Below are positions 11,301-22,287 of a stretch of DNA of 64,000 bases, in pieces. This stretch comes from Catajapyx aquilonaris. Taxonomy: Eukaryota. Position numbers and translations under genes: made by a program. Below the pieces are notes generated by a model. It searched no databases. It saw only the letters and a list, made by a program, of their open reading frames with translations, and was not told the origin of the DNA. The stretch spans positions 124,001-188,000 of the forward strand of contig KZ538057.1 of assembly GCA_000934665.2 (NCBI GenBank), given 5' to 3'. Each line of letters opens with the position of its first letter. Within the stretch, counting starts at the first letter, position 1.

Positions 11301-14300
11301 GAATGACAAATCGCTGGTTGTTGTGGCAACTATGTACAAATCGGCGGTGAAAAATCAGACGTGGAGGAAAACGTGAGATTTGGCTCCACCCACCAGCGAT
11401 CATGTTTGTATCGGGTATTGTCACATACATGCAGTCACGTTGGCCGAAACCCATCCTCATCATGTCACGGTCCGTCACCCCATACCAGCTAGTGTTGAAA
11501 CTTCGTAGTTTCCAGATACAGTATTACTATCCTAAAAATACAACTTGCTTATCTGGTTGCATATCAGCGTGACGGAATTCTGTTGGTACTTTTCATGGTG
11601 CCAACCGAATTCTTCCATAGAGCAACCTGCAGCAACACTGCCCAAGTAACAGGCCTTCCACTACAGCCTCACAAGAGCCTATAAAATGATTGTACTGTCT
11701 ATCTGTTGAAGAGAATTTATTAGACCCTACTGTGTACGTGTGAACAGGTCCTTGTATATGCTCGAAACGACTCTGTAGAGCTCATCACGCATTTCTCATG
11801 GGCGGTGATTATTATTTTTGGTCTATCTGACAGCCGGTACACAAAGCGGGGGGGAAATCGTTCTCTTGTTACGTGCATGTATCCAGGCCAGAAAAACTAA
11901 TCAGCAGTAATTGCCCGGAGTCGGTATTGCGTGACCGTGTCCCTTGAGCGACTTGCATGATGAGACGCCTGACATTTATTTCGGGGGGGGGGGGGGGGGG
12001 GNTCCCGCCTCCTAACCACTTTTAGAGTTGTAAAAAAAAAAACGGGCAAGTGCGAAAAGTACGCTAAACCCGGCTAAACCTATAATTGCTACGGATGTAT
12101 TTTGTGGAAGAAAAAAAAGGGATAAAAATGGTGCGATGGCCGGGAATCGAACCCGGGTCAACTGCTTGGAAGGCAACTATGCTCACCACTACACCACCAT
12201 CGCACGAGCTGACGGGAGGAGTTGGGTTCGAGGGGTTTACTTCAACGGGAGCTATGGTGACGCAACTCGTGACGTAGCCGGGTGTACGTCACAGGCAGGA
12301 GCGATTCGAACGGGAAGGGAGGGCGATTCGAACGGGTTTTTTGTTTTTTTTTTGTTTAGAGATGGGTGCGAATAATTGCTGGGTGTGATGCTGACGGGGG
12401 TTTGATTGTAATTACGAGCGAGTTTTAGAGTGGTCCTTGTCATGGGGTGTTGGTGGAGGACTGGCGTTTAATGGGGAAATAGTTCGCGATGTTGGGTCCA
12501 TGTGGCGTACAGGGTGTTCCAACGGGATTGATCAAATTAGTGGAGGAATTTTGGTGGAGATGCCGGTTTCACTAGCAATACGTATTTAGCGTAAAGTGTA
12601 TTTTAATGTGTTATTGCAATAATAATTGCATTTATTTTAGCTCGTAATTGGGGTTAACTTGTCTCCTTCTTGAATGCTGACTACCCGTTATTGGAACATG
12701 CTTGTGATAAATAATAATGTTGGATGTAAAGCATCCAGCTGACCGCTGTGGGGCTGCGAAAATTGAGTTCAACCCTTGACCTCGCATACCAGTGGTTTCC
12801 AAGTGTGTCACTCGGTGTCACTGCCAATGTCTAATTTTGGGAATTTATTTTCAATTCAAGGCCTGCAAGTGTGTTTCCATTGAACCGAATATTTTTGCTG
12901 TCTCTAGAATCTCTTGCCTAATAATGAAAGCCTGTCCATTGCCAAAATTTTCATGACTAATACGAACAGTTCAGTTGTAACATCTTGTGTTTGGTGCGAA
13001 ATGCTAATGGACCACAAAATCTGCATACCCACATTGATTATGGCGTTCGCTATTATTGCACTATACAACACGGTGGCACTACAAAATGCAATAGGGTTTC
13101 CATAATTGAATATTTAAATGATAATGTATTTAAAGCGAAGAGCGGCAGTTTGTGCACGATTGCGAACTAGGACACATGTGTCCGTTTGCTTGTTTCATAC
13201 TGAATTTTTGTTTGTTTGTTGATGAGCTTATTAATACCGGGAATTGAGGTCCATGTGAAAAAAGAAATGAGATTGGTATATAGGATGAGGGTCAATCACC
13301 CTGGGAGCGTCATCTCCGCCTCCGCCCTCCCGTGACCCTCCCACCCACCTTCCCCCATTTCGACTGAAATATATGCCGACGTTGCTTTATCATGACGATC
13401 CTTTTGAATGGGGCAAAGCAACTGGAGCGATTTGCAGCGATGAATCCCAGTAGGAAGCGATTAAGTCCTTGTCATAATCGCCCATTAAAGTAGTGCTGGT
13501 TCTCCTCTATATAGTATCGGCCCTTTAAGTGATGCACACGACAGCGAGAGAAGATTTTATTGATTCCAGAGCAGCGTTTCCAGCAGTAGTAGTGTTCAAT
13601 AACCCTACTCCCGGACTAGTGCCAAGGTGCTGGTGAGCCAGCAGACACGCAGTAATTTTGTTTGTGCGAGGTGCAACCCGTGGAGACTGCGTAAGGGGCG
13701 TCCACAGTGCGTGCATGGGGAGAATAGCATGCGCGGAGAGACGCCAGTGTCGGCGCACCGGCTGGCGGTGCGCGTGACCCGGTACCAGGCCAGTACAGTT
13801 GACCTCCGCCCTTGGAGGGCGGTGCACGCGCCGGACCTGAACGCCTGTCTGGCACCCATACAGTGTCGAGCGGTACACTTCGGGTACGGAGTGCCTGTCC
13901 GGTTGTGTGTGTTGCCACCTCCGCATTCGCATCTGGCTTGCTTGCTGCTGGATGCGGACGAGGAACTGAGTCCGGAGACATTGCGGTACCTGCTGAATTG
14001 TCATCCGCAGTGTAAACGGAACGGGCCAGTGTCGTTGGCTTTGGTGGACGGGAATCAGCAGACTGTGCGACCTGGTGTCATTTCTTCGGCCGACCTGATG
14101 CTGGCTGCTCCTGGGTCGGGGTCACTTGAGCAGCTGCTCCGTCGACAGGGCGGGGCTCAGGAGGACGTAGCTGCCATCGCCAAGCATATTTCAGACCACG
14201 CCGAAATGCTGTACCAGAGCTGGAAGGCGAGGGGTGTGGCCCCGGCGGATATGATCACCCGGAAGTCGTCGCCGGGGCCCTCACCTGTGCCGTCAACCAC

Positions 14301-17300
14301 GTCGTCGGCCTCATCGTCATCAGGGTCGTCCTCAGCTTCGACTGCCAATCGGCTGTCCCCGGTGGATCTGCTGGCCTCCCCGGATCTGGAGCAGAGTCTC
14401 GAGCAGTTGGTCAGTAGTTTTGTGCAGGAGGATAAGGCCAGACACCAGCAGAGGGCGAGAAGCAAGAGTCCTGTCCTGTTTGGGTCATCCACTTCGGCTA
14501 TACAGTCGGCTTTGGAGAGATTTGAAAAGGTTGTTGCCACCAGTGCTACTTCCGGCGGCGGGAATGTCATTCTTCAGAAGCAGCCGAAGGGGTGGCCGGC
14601 GAATAGGGGTGCTGCTCAATCGGAGCCGCGTCCACGACGGGAGGCGAGTCCTGTACGCAAAGAGACGAGGTTTATACCCAGAGACGAAGATGCATTGGCG
14701 TCATCCGGAACCAGCACCTGGCCGTTGAAGACGCGTGTCCCCACGGCATCCCCGACACCGACGGGAACCACGACAACTTCGCCTGATAGGCGGTGGTCTA
14801 CTCTGATGACTCGTGGTGGAGCAAGTGGGGAAGTGCCGAATCAGCAAGAAATGCAACACCATCAACAGCAACTGGAAATGTACGAACAACAGATTCAACA
14901 GATTCAACAACAAAATAAGTTGCAGCAGCAACAGCAAAAGCAGCAACAAAAACAGCAGAAGCAGCAGCAGCAACAACAACAACCAGTTCAGCATCAGCAA
15001 GTTATGCAACCCACGCAGCAAAATAAACTACAGAAGCATCATAAAGAGCAACAGAAACATCTCAAACAGCAGCAACAGCTTCTACAGGAACAACAGCAGG
15101 TCTTGTTGCAACAGCAGCAACAGATAATGAAGCAGCAGCAGGAGCAGCAGCAGATGTTGCAACATCAACAGCAGCAGCAGATTTTGCAGAAAAGGGAACA
15201 GCAGAAGCAAATTATGCAGGAACAGCCGCAGCAACACATCGTTCAGCAAACACAACAGGTGAAACAGCATCAAAATATTCAACAACCACAACAACCGAAG
15301 CAACAAAAGCAGCCAAAGCAACCAAAGCAACCCAAAGAGCGGGAACGTCCAAAAGAGCTTATAATTGAAACAGTTCAACAACCAGGAGTGGTCCAAAACT
15401 CTATCAAAAATTCGGACTTAGTCAAGAACGGCCAGCACGTGAATAAGCAACCTTCCAAGTCCAAATCATCGGCTGAAAACGCAGTTTCACCTACATCTTC
15501 GGCAGCATTTCTTGCAGAGGTGGACCGAGAGGAGGAGAAGCTGATCCACGCCCTTCGCACAGGCACGGTCATAACCGACAGTGACGACACTGCAGGAACA
15601 TTGCTGCTGGCACGACCAAAGGACGAAAAGGGTCGTCAACAGTCACCGTCGACCTCTCCTACACCTTCACCGACATCCCCTACCCTCGCACTATCACGGA
15701 AAGGCCCTCCACATCCTGAACTGACATGGCAGCAGAGGCAGCATCTCAAGGAGCGAGGACCATCAGGAACATCGGCCATCGTGGCTGCTGCAGCAGCGGC
15801 CGTCGGTGTGAATAACGCTGTCGTGCAAGGGTCGTCGGCTGCAGCCTCTAGCCCCGTCAGACCCTTCCTGACCAGAGGATCTGTGGCAGAAAGGGTTCTG
15901 CTGTTCGAAAGGTGTCCCGTTGCAGTGGAAGTCCCCGAGAAAAGGCGCGGGTCGTCTGGAAGCATCACCACCGCCGTCACCAGTAGGCTCCAGGTCGGTC
16001 TGACCCTCCGGCATGACCTCATTAACCCTTCATGTGACCAATGCATGATTGCTATAAACCACTATGTATATTCCCTGCCATTACCAATGCACGTCATTGC
16101 CTCCCCGTGTGTTCAACAAAAAAAGTGGATAATTTTAATGTGATTAGAAATTAACACAATATTAACGCACCCGGCGCGGCGTGCCGTCGGATATCGGCCT
16201 AAGTAATCGATATCTGCGTCATTATGTGAAGTGTCTATCATTAAACATGGTGTGTGAGACCACTAAAAATACAGCCATTAGCTAATTTATTTTAATTGTG
16301 CAGGATGTTAAATTGGCAGTCATATTTATATATTATTTTTAATGCCGCGTGTCCCAGCAATGTCCCGATTCCTTTGTCAGTAATACCACTGTGTGTGATA
16401 AAGCTACTCACTTACAAACCCTTCATTTGACGGATCATCTTTGTGTGCTGCATGAAGGAATCACTGCACCCACAGGACGCCTATCTTCTCGTGCTTTGTG
16501 TGTACCTTTCTTGCAACAGGCAGACGTCAGTCATGTAGAGATGCTGCTCTGAAGATGGCTTGCCTTGGCCCAAACCGACTTCTTTCGATGGGTGCGCTGG
16601 GTGGGGGGNGGGGGGGCATAACAAAGAATTGGCTGGGTGCCCTTTCGGCTCTCAAGTAAGCAAGGCTGCCGACCTCTGTCGCATTGCGAAGGCACCCCCA
16701 AAGAAGGGGGTCCTTTTTGTCTGAGGGTTGTTTTGGACAAGGTGCGGGCGGGGTTTGGGGGAGGTTGGTTGGTCCTTATGCAATCCCCGGCTCACCTCCA
16801 GTTGGCATCGGGAGGTCATTGGCAAAACGATGTCTTGCGAAACCATTCTTCTCTGTGATGATGCTTGCTGTGGACTGGGAAGGTGCCAAAGAAGAGGGGA
16901 CCTTCCAGCACACGCGTATATCCAGTCGAGGACAGAATTAGCGCATTCCCCTCTTCCGACCGTACTTCCGTCTTCCAGGTGCAGGTGACTTACAGAGGAA
17001 ACTAGGGGGCAAGGGACGGATTTGCAAGGCTGCTTCTAATTGAGTGTGTCATTCTGTCGGTGCTGTCCCAAAGGAGAGAAACTCTCAGGCGGAAAGAGGG
17101 AATCAGTAATGAGCACTCTAGGTAGTGTCCCCAAAGAAGTATGGTAATTGAGTTACAAGTATGCGTACTGCATCACTTCATACTTGGTGGTAACGTCAGC
17201 CGACACTTTCGAAATGTTTGTTCAGCTGCCCTGCAGGAACAGCTTCGAGGGGTTGATTAACAAGGTGTTGGTTTAATCTATTGTTACCTGGGGATTCAAA

Positions 17301-20300
17301 TAAACGGCGAGGTTGGTGCGCAATAGAATAATCCAAGGCCGAGGACGCCATACATGGGCGGAAACCATGTATAGGTTGTGCTGGTATAGTGAAGGCGGAA
17401 GGGGCACCTGACAAGTTTGCCCCCACTCCCAAACGACATCCAACACCACTCCCACTTACATCTCAGGACGTCCGTAGGGATGTTGCCAAATCAGTCACTC
17501 ATCATGGATTTTTCAAGCACGTGCTGCTGAATGGAGGAATCTGATACGATTGAAAGAGCAGCCTGGGGATGGCATTTGACGGCCGATATGAGAGGAGAAT
17601 ATTGGAGGGTGTCGACAGCTTTCATTTTCCAGGGAGATAATGTGGGTTGAGGGCTGGGTGGAGTCATGTTGTAATTAAGTCTAGGTTCTTCTGCTGCCGT
17701 TGCTATAACCGCCATTTGTACTATTTAAAAGATGTATAACTGTAGAGGTATGCAAAGGTCATGTTCATGCAGCATTGGCTTATTGACTGCCGTCATGATA
17801 GAAATTTATTGCACTATAATTGGATACCATATCTGTCAGTGTCGTGTGACATCTGGATGTGACATGGATGCTTACTCTCATTAAAGTTGCAGTTTCATCC
17901 CTGTATGACTTAACAAAGGCAAATGGTGCAGCATTCGTATTGATTATGCGCCTTCAAAATCAAATAAATGATCGAGTCATTCATTTTCAGAACCATGTAC
18001 GGGAAAAGGAAAAGATATCGACAGCCGCAGCAGCAGCCATCCCTGCTCAATCACAGTCCATATGCACCAGAAAGGAGGTGCAGCCTCTCCACACACCCCT
18101 TCCTCGTGCCAAGGCTCATGTCAAAAGTGCTCCAATTCCACCGTAAGTTGATATGATTTGTATCAGTCGTATGTTGCAGTGATATCCATTGCATTGTGCT
18201 AATAACAGTCATGAATCAGGCGATTATTATCTGATTATAGTGATGCTGAAGGATAATGCCCAAAGTCTTGATTTTTGGTGGCAGCTAGTGAAGCACCCCA
18301 AATTTCATGAAAGGATTGACTACACATTTACCAAACTTGTACATGAGGGAGTACACTGGAAATACAGTAATGTCTGTCTTGCAATACTAATGCACAGTAG
18401 AATCCATGAAAATCATGACATCCAGTACCATACTGTACATTTGCATTGGAGCCGAGATATCACTGGTTTTACAGTGCCACTTCAGTGTCTTCATCTTTTT
18501 GAGAGTGATAAAACGTTCCATCATAACAGGGTTAAGTGCTCATATTAATTTTACGACTGGAATTTCTTTTTAGTTTCCACCATCCAATGGGCCGTCCCAT
18601 GGGTCCCAACGAAATTGAGGTCACGATGCAGCGTCTTTCCTCCACCCTGGCCACACTGACCAGTACACCTAATAACAACAATGCTGGTCACCATACAGTG
18701 ACCCGAGAGCAGCTGGGAGCTGTGAGCAAATCCTGCGACCTTCCCCTCTACTGCAAAGCTCCACTCTTCTTAGCAGCAGGTGGGGACTGCAAGTTGGGAA
18801 CTGTTTCCTCTCAGGCGGTGCTAGACTTGTGGCGTCAGGTGATCTCCACCTGCCATGACCTCCCGTCAAGATTTGTCCGCCTTCTGTCCCGGGGAGCCAA
18901 CAGGAATTTCCTGCTGCCAGATGATTTTGTCCCTCTGGTCCAGGACATAGTAGACACCCATCCAGGACTAGTCTTCCTTAGGGATGCCAAGGAGTTTCAC
19001 TCCCGATATGTCCACACAGTTGTTTCCCGGATCTTCTACTGCACCAATCGATCCTGGACTGGGAAGATCACAGTCAACGAGCTGAGGAGATCCAACTTCC
19101 TGTCTGTGCTGGCCACACTGGAGGAAGAGGAGGACATAAATCAGGTCACAGACTACTTCAGCTACGAGCACTTCTACGTCATATACTGCAAGTTCTGGGA
19201 GCTGGACAAGGACCATGATCTCTACATTGATAAACATGATCTAGCCAGGCACAATGACCATGGTAAGGACTGTCATGGAAGAGGATGTGAGAGAGAAATC
19301 TGCATGTGTCTCCTGAATGACCCTGAATCCCGCTCAGGTTGGAAGTTACATTGGCTTAGGCAGTATTACCTTATTTTAAATCCCATTCTGCACTTACTGC
19401 AGGTTCTAAGCACCAGCATAATTAGTTTCTGTTTTCTCGTGACCTGTTATGCAACTTTTGTGAAATTTTTATGAAAGGGTACGTAATTGACTAACTTTAA
19501 ATTCTTGCTATAGTTTGTGCACTGTAATTGTTCTTGTTTGCCACGTGTAGCTATTTCATCACGCATGATCGATCGGATCTTCTCTGGAGCTGTGACACGT
19601 GGCCACCACCAACGTCCTCCCCCTCCACCTCATCCCCAACAGCAGCGAGGCCCACAGGATGACCAGATATCTACTGCCCAACGCCAAATGAGCTACACAG
19701 AGTTTGTGTGGTTCCTGATGGCGGAAGAGGACAAGCGTCAGGCCACTGCCATTGAGTACTGGTTTCGCTGCATGGACCTGGATGGAGATGGCTACCTGTC
19801 CATGTATGAGCTGGAGTACTTCTATGCGGAACAGCTGCAGCGGATGGAAGCCCTTGGCATTGAGACCCTCCCCTTTGACGATTGCCTCTGCCAGATGCTG
19901 GACATGATAAGGCCAGAGAAAAAGGACTGCATTTCACTGGCTGATCTGAAAAGGTGCAAGATGACTCCAGTCTTCTTTGACACCTTCTTCAACCTGGAGA
20001 AGTACCTGGACCATGAGCAGAGGGACCCCTTCGCTTCTCAGAGGGACCAAGAGGGGAATGATGGGGCAGAGGCTAGTATTTGGTTCATTTTGTGCTAACT
20101 GAGAGGATGTCGCAACTGTTGGAATAATAATGGTGCAGTGCTCTGGATACAACTGCGACCTTGTGTAAGACTGTAATTTATTATTGAGAGCAATGCTAAT
20201 TAATCAATGATGAGAAGCCATAAGGTTTTTAAAAACTTGAAAGCAGTAGTAGACTAATTTTTGCAATTACTCATTCTGAAATAATGGCAAAAGCATTAGC

Positions 20301-21681
20301 TGTGGAGGAGACAGTAGTTGAAAGCTAAGTACACAGGTTAACAAGCCTTGTCGATGCAATGGAGTTGTTTCCAGTCGTTGTTCCAATTCCCTGTTTGTCA
20401 ATATCCTAATGACTATTACTTGTGGAGCTATTGTAACAAGTAGATCAGGGTGTGGGTACCTTCCAGATGTCTGACTGGGACCGATATGCAGCCGAAGAGT
20501 ATGAGCTTCTGGTGGCTGAAGAAGGCGGTGGAGAGCAACAGGAGGAAGGGTAAGCTGTGGGGATCTGGAAATATTGGGGTCCTGAATGGGGTTAATTAAA
20601 AAGTGGGGTGTTGAAGAGTACATTTTTTGGGTGTTACAAGCCGATTTAAGATGCACCATTTTTGGTTGCGGTATAACATTATGACTTAATGGTATGGACC
20701 AAATTCGTGCATTTTTACTGATAAAAACTTCTCTAGAGGTTTTGACAGTTACAGACAAAGATTATTTAAATTTGTCATATGGCAGTAATTGAATAACTGG
20801 AGGGTTTGATGGATTGAATATTTGCTCTTGGTCCATGCCGTGATTTTGCTTCTTCTTTTGTCTTGATGCATTATCCATGCACTTTCAGGCTTCTGGAAGA
20901 TCCTGTGTAGGTGGTGGGGCCCAACTTCTGCTCCTCTTCTCCTGCTGGTAGGGATGGGGGGGTGTTGCTGGTCATGTGATGTTTGCCTCTGCACATTCTA
21001 TTTCTTTTCCACTCCCAGTGCGTATGTGTACAGGCAGAAGTATGAGTGCATATGCAGATGTTGTGAAAGTACAGACTAATATGGCTTGAGGCATGGCACC
21101 TGTACCCTTTCCTCTCATGTGATTTTTGCCTTGTAGGTGTCTTGTGACTTGTGTGAATTAATGGAGGATACTTTGAAGATGTGCATGTGCAACTAAGTCA
21201 CAAGTTTCTGGATATTGTTGCCTAATCTTGATAGACTGGCTTGCAGCTGAGAGACAACAGTGCAGAAATAGCATTACTCTTGGCATCAACCTAACAATGA
21301 CTGTTTTACAGGAATGAGTGTGCGTACAGCAGTTTTGCAGAAATGTCTTGTTTCAGGTTACAGCCTTACCTGTGTGCTGTGAGCCACAATCAACAAATGT
21401 GCTAAATGTGGTGAATTTTCCATAGGGTCACTGACGAAGCTGTGGTGACAGTGGCGGTTCTTCCCCAGGCCCAGTGCTTCCCAGGGCCTGTGCAAGTGAA
21501 GGTAGAGGAAGTGGAAGAAGACGGGGAAGAAGCGGAAGATGGGGATCAGAGCAACAGTTACATAGTGGCCAGTTGTGTGGATGACGAGGATGAAGATACA
21601 TGTGACTTGAGCAATCTTAGCATTCGCGATAGGATGGGAAGCGGGATTGGGAATGGAGTGAAGGTGACCGGAGGACTATGA
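2178..21681 (+). CDS. PP2A-B'': Serine/threonine protein phosphatase 2A regulatory subunit B'' (PR72/PR130/PR70 family, EF-hand), multi-exon, alternatively spliced
   Basis: Exons: 2178-2292 (MPLAPVTQRKIDQLFTEWFS…, resembles the PR70 N-terminal KVDELFLYWLS motif), 4564-4718, 17991-18142, 18574-19262 (PFHHPMGRP…THPGLVFL…FHSRYVHTVVSRIFY…FSYEHFYVIYCKFWELDKDHD), 19551-20071 (IDRIFSGAV…IEYWFRCMDLDGDGYLSMYELEYFY…FFDTFFNLEKYLDHEQRDPF), 20467-20549 (SDWDRYAAEEYELLVAEE), and a terminal exon at 21426-21681 or 20889-20910. All phases are consistent. Confidence 0.93.
2790..3000 (-). mobile_element. tRNA-derived SINE-like element (intronic)
   Basis: The minus strand reads AGTGGCGCTGCGG…(A-box-like)…CCGGGTTCGATCCCAGCCCGGGG (B-box) followed by a non-tRNA body. 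There is no full cloverleaf. Boundaries are approximate. Confidence 0.55.
3887..3932. repeat. (AAT)n microsatellite
   Basis: Read directly from the sequence. Confidence 0.95.
3953..4291. mobile_element. Degenerate Tc1/pogo(Tigger)-type MITE
   Basis: Left end cagcagaaccttgatt…ttatccgac and right end gacagataattgggtttctacagta resemble CAGTAGAACCTCGATTATCCG-type TIRs. Internal ttatccgac repeats are present. Confidence 0.45.
5200..5422 (-). mobile_element. tRNA-derived SINE-like element (intronic)
   Basis: The minus strand reads TGGTGGCCGTGATGGTAACG (A-box-like)…CCAGGTTCGATCCCCGCCTGGGG (B-box), then an unrelated body. Boundaries are approximate. Confidence 0.55.
5520..5597. repeat. Perfect 36-bp inverted repeat with 6-nt spacer
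   Basis: 5520-5555 (tcgacgcctaaggattatattgtcgtatctcgtatg) is the exact reverse complement of 5562-5597. Confidence 0.95.
8345..8503. other. Assembly gap (N run)
   Basis: N run flanked by poly-T and poly-G. Confidence 1.
12132..12203 (-). tRNA. tRNA-Gly-TCC: tRNA-Gly (anticodon TCC)
   Basis: The minus strand reads GCGATGGTGGTGTAGTGGTGAGCATAGTTGCCTTCCAAGCAGTTGACCCGGGTTCGATTCCCGGCCATCGCA. It has a perfect 7-bp acceptor stem, anticodon loop CTTCCAA and T-loop TTCGATT, followed by CCA and a TTTTT Pol III terminator. Confidence 0.97.
13729..15993 (+). CDS. PP2A-B'': Alternative 2.3-kb first coding exon of the PP2A-B'' long isoform (755 codons; Cys/His-containing N-terminal block, Ser/Pro-rich linker, polyQ tract)
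   Basis: An open frame runs from ATG 13729 (MRGETPVSAHRLAVR…) to donor CAG|GTCGGT at 15993 (phase 0). This matches the phase-0 acceptor at 17991. An in-frame TAA lies upstream at 13600-13602, and a candidate 5'UTR acceptor ttccag ends at 13569. Confidence 0.75.
14840..15335 (+). repeat. Coding polyglutamine-rich tract (mixed CAG/CAA) ending in QPK repeats
   Basis: Translation of ORF 13627..16143. Confidence 0.9.
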
Positions 21682-22287
21682 GAATGAGCTGGGTTGGTGC
21701 TGGTTAATATTTTCATAGCAGAGGATATTGGCCCAGCAAGTTACAAATTGGACCTGAATGCAAGACGGCATTCTATCTCATCCCAGTGAGTGCCTGCGCT
21801 GCCAGCGTTGTTGACGTGGATGGATCGAGAATCATTGTTTACCATCACCCATTTTAATATTAAAGAATGACCACTACAACCGATTTTTATATTTCCTTAA
21901 CTTATTAACCCTCCTTCAGCCAGTTTCAGATAATGGCACTGTATAAGTCTGCATCCTTAAGGTTGCCGCCTCCTTGTGTTTCCTCAAGTCCCCGCTAGAT
22001 AGCACCCTCCGATCCGCCCGTCGCGCCTCTAACGCCCATCAAGCGAACCATGAACCGGAAATGGCGGGCTGTTCGTTGCCAGTTGACCGCCGAGTTCAGT
22101 TGCTTGTTGGCCTGCGTAGGAGACAGGTGTTGTGGTGTGCAAGTGCGGGCCAAAAGTGGGACTGTGGCGTGTGTGCAATCGGCAAGCTGGGTCCCTCCGG
22201 GAGGGGGGGAGGCGCCGCATGGAGGCGGAGACGACGAGGCGCGACGACGACGGTGACAGACGACGAGGATGTCGTCCTTCCGCTCCG

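Noticed and set aside
14157..16046. Antisense and alternative-frame ORFs over the long B'' exon (poly-Leu, Asn/Ser-rich)
   Set aside because: Shadows of the CAG/CAA-rich coding strand
16143..17990. Additional alternative first exon of PP2A-B'' in this GC-rich intron
   Set aside because: No ATG-to-donor frame in the right phase with recognisable similarity was found; it cannot be excluded without RNA data
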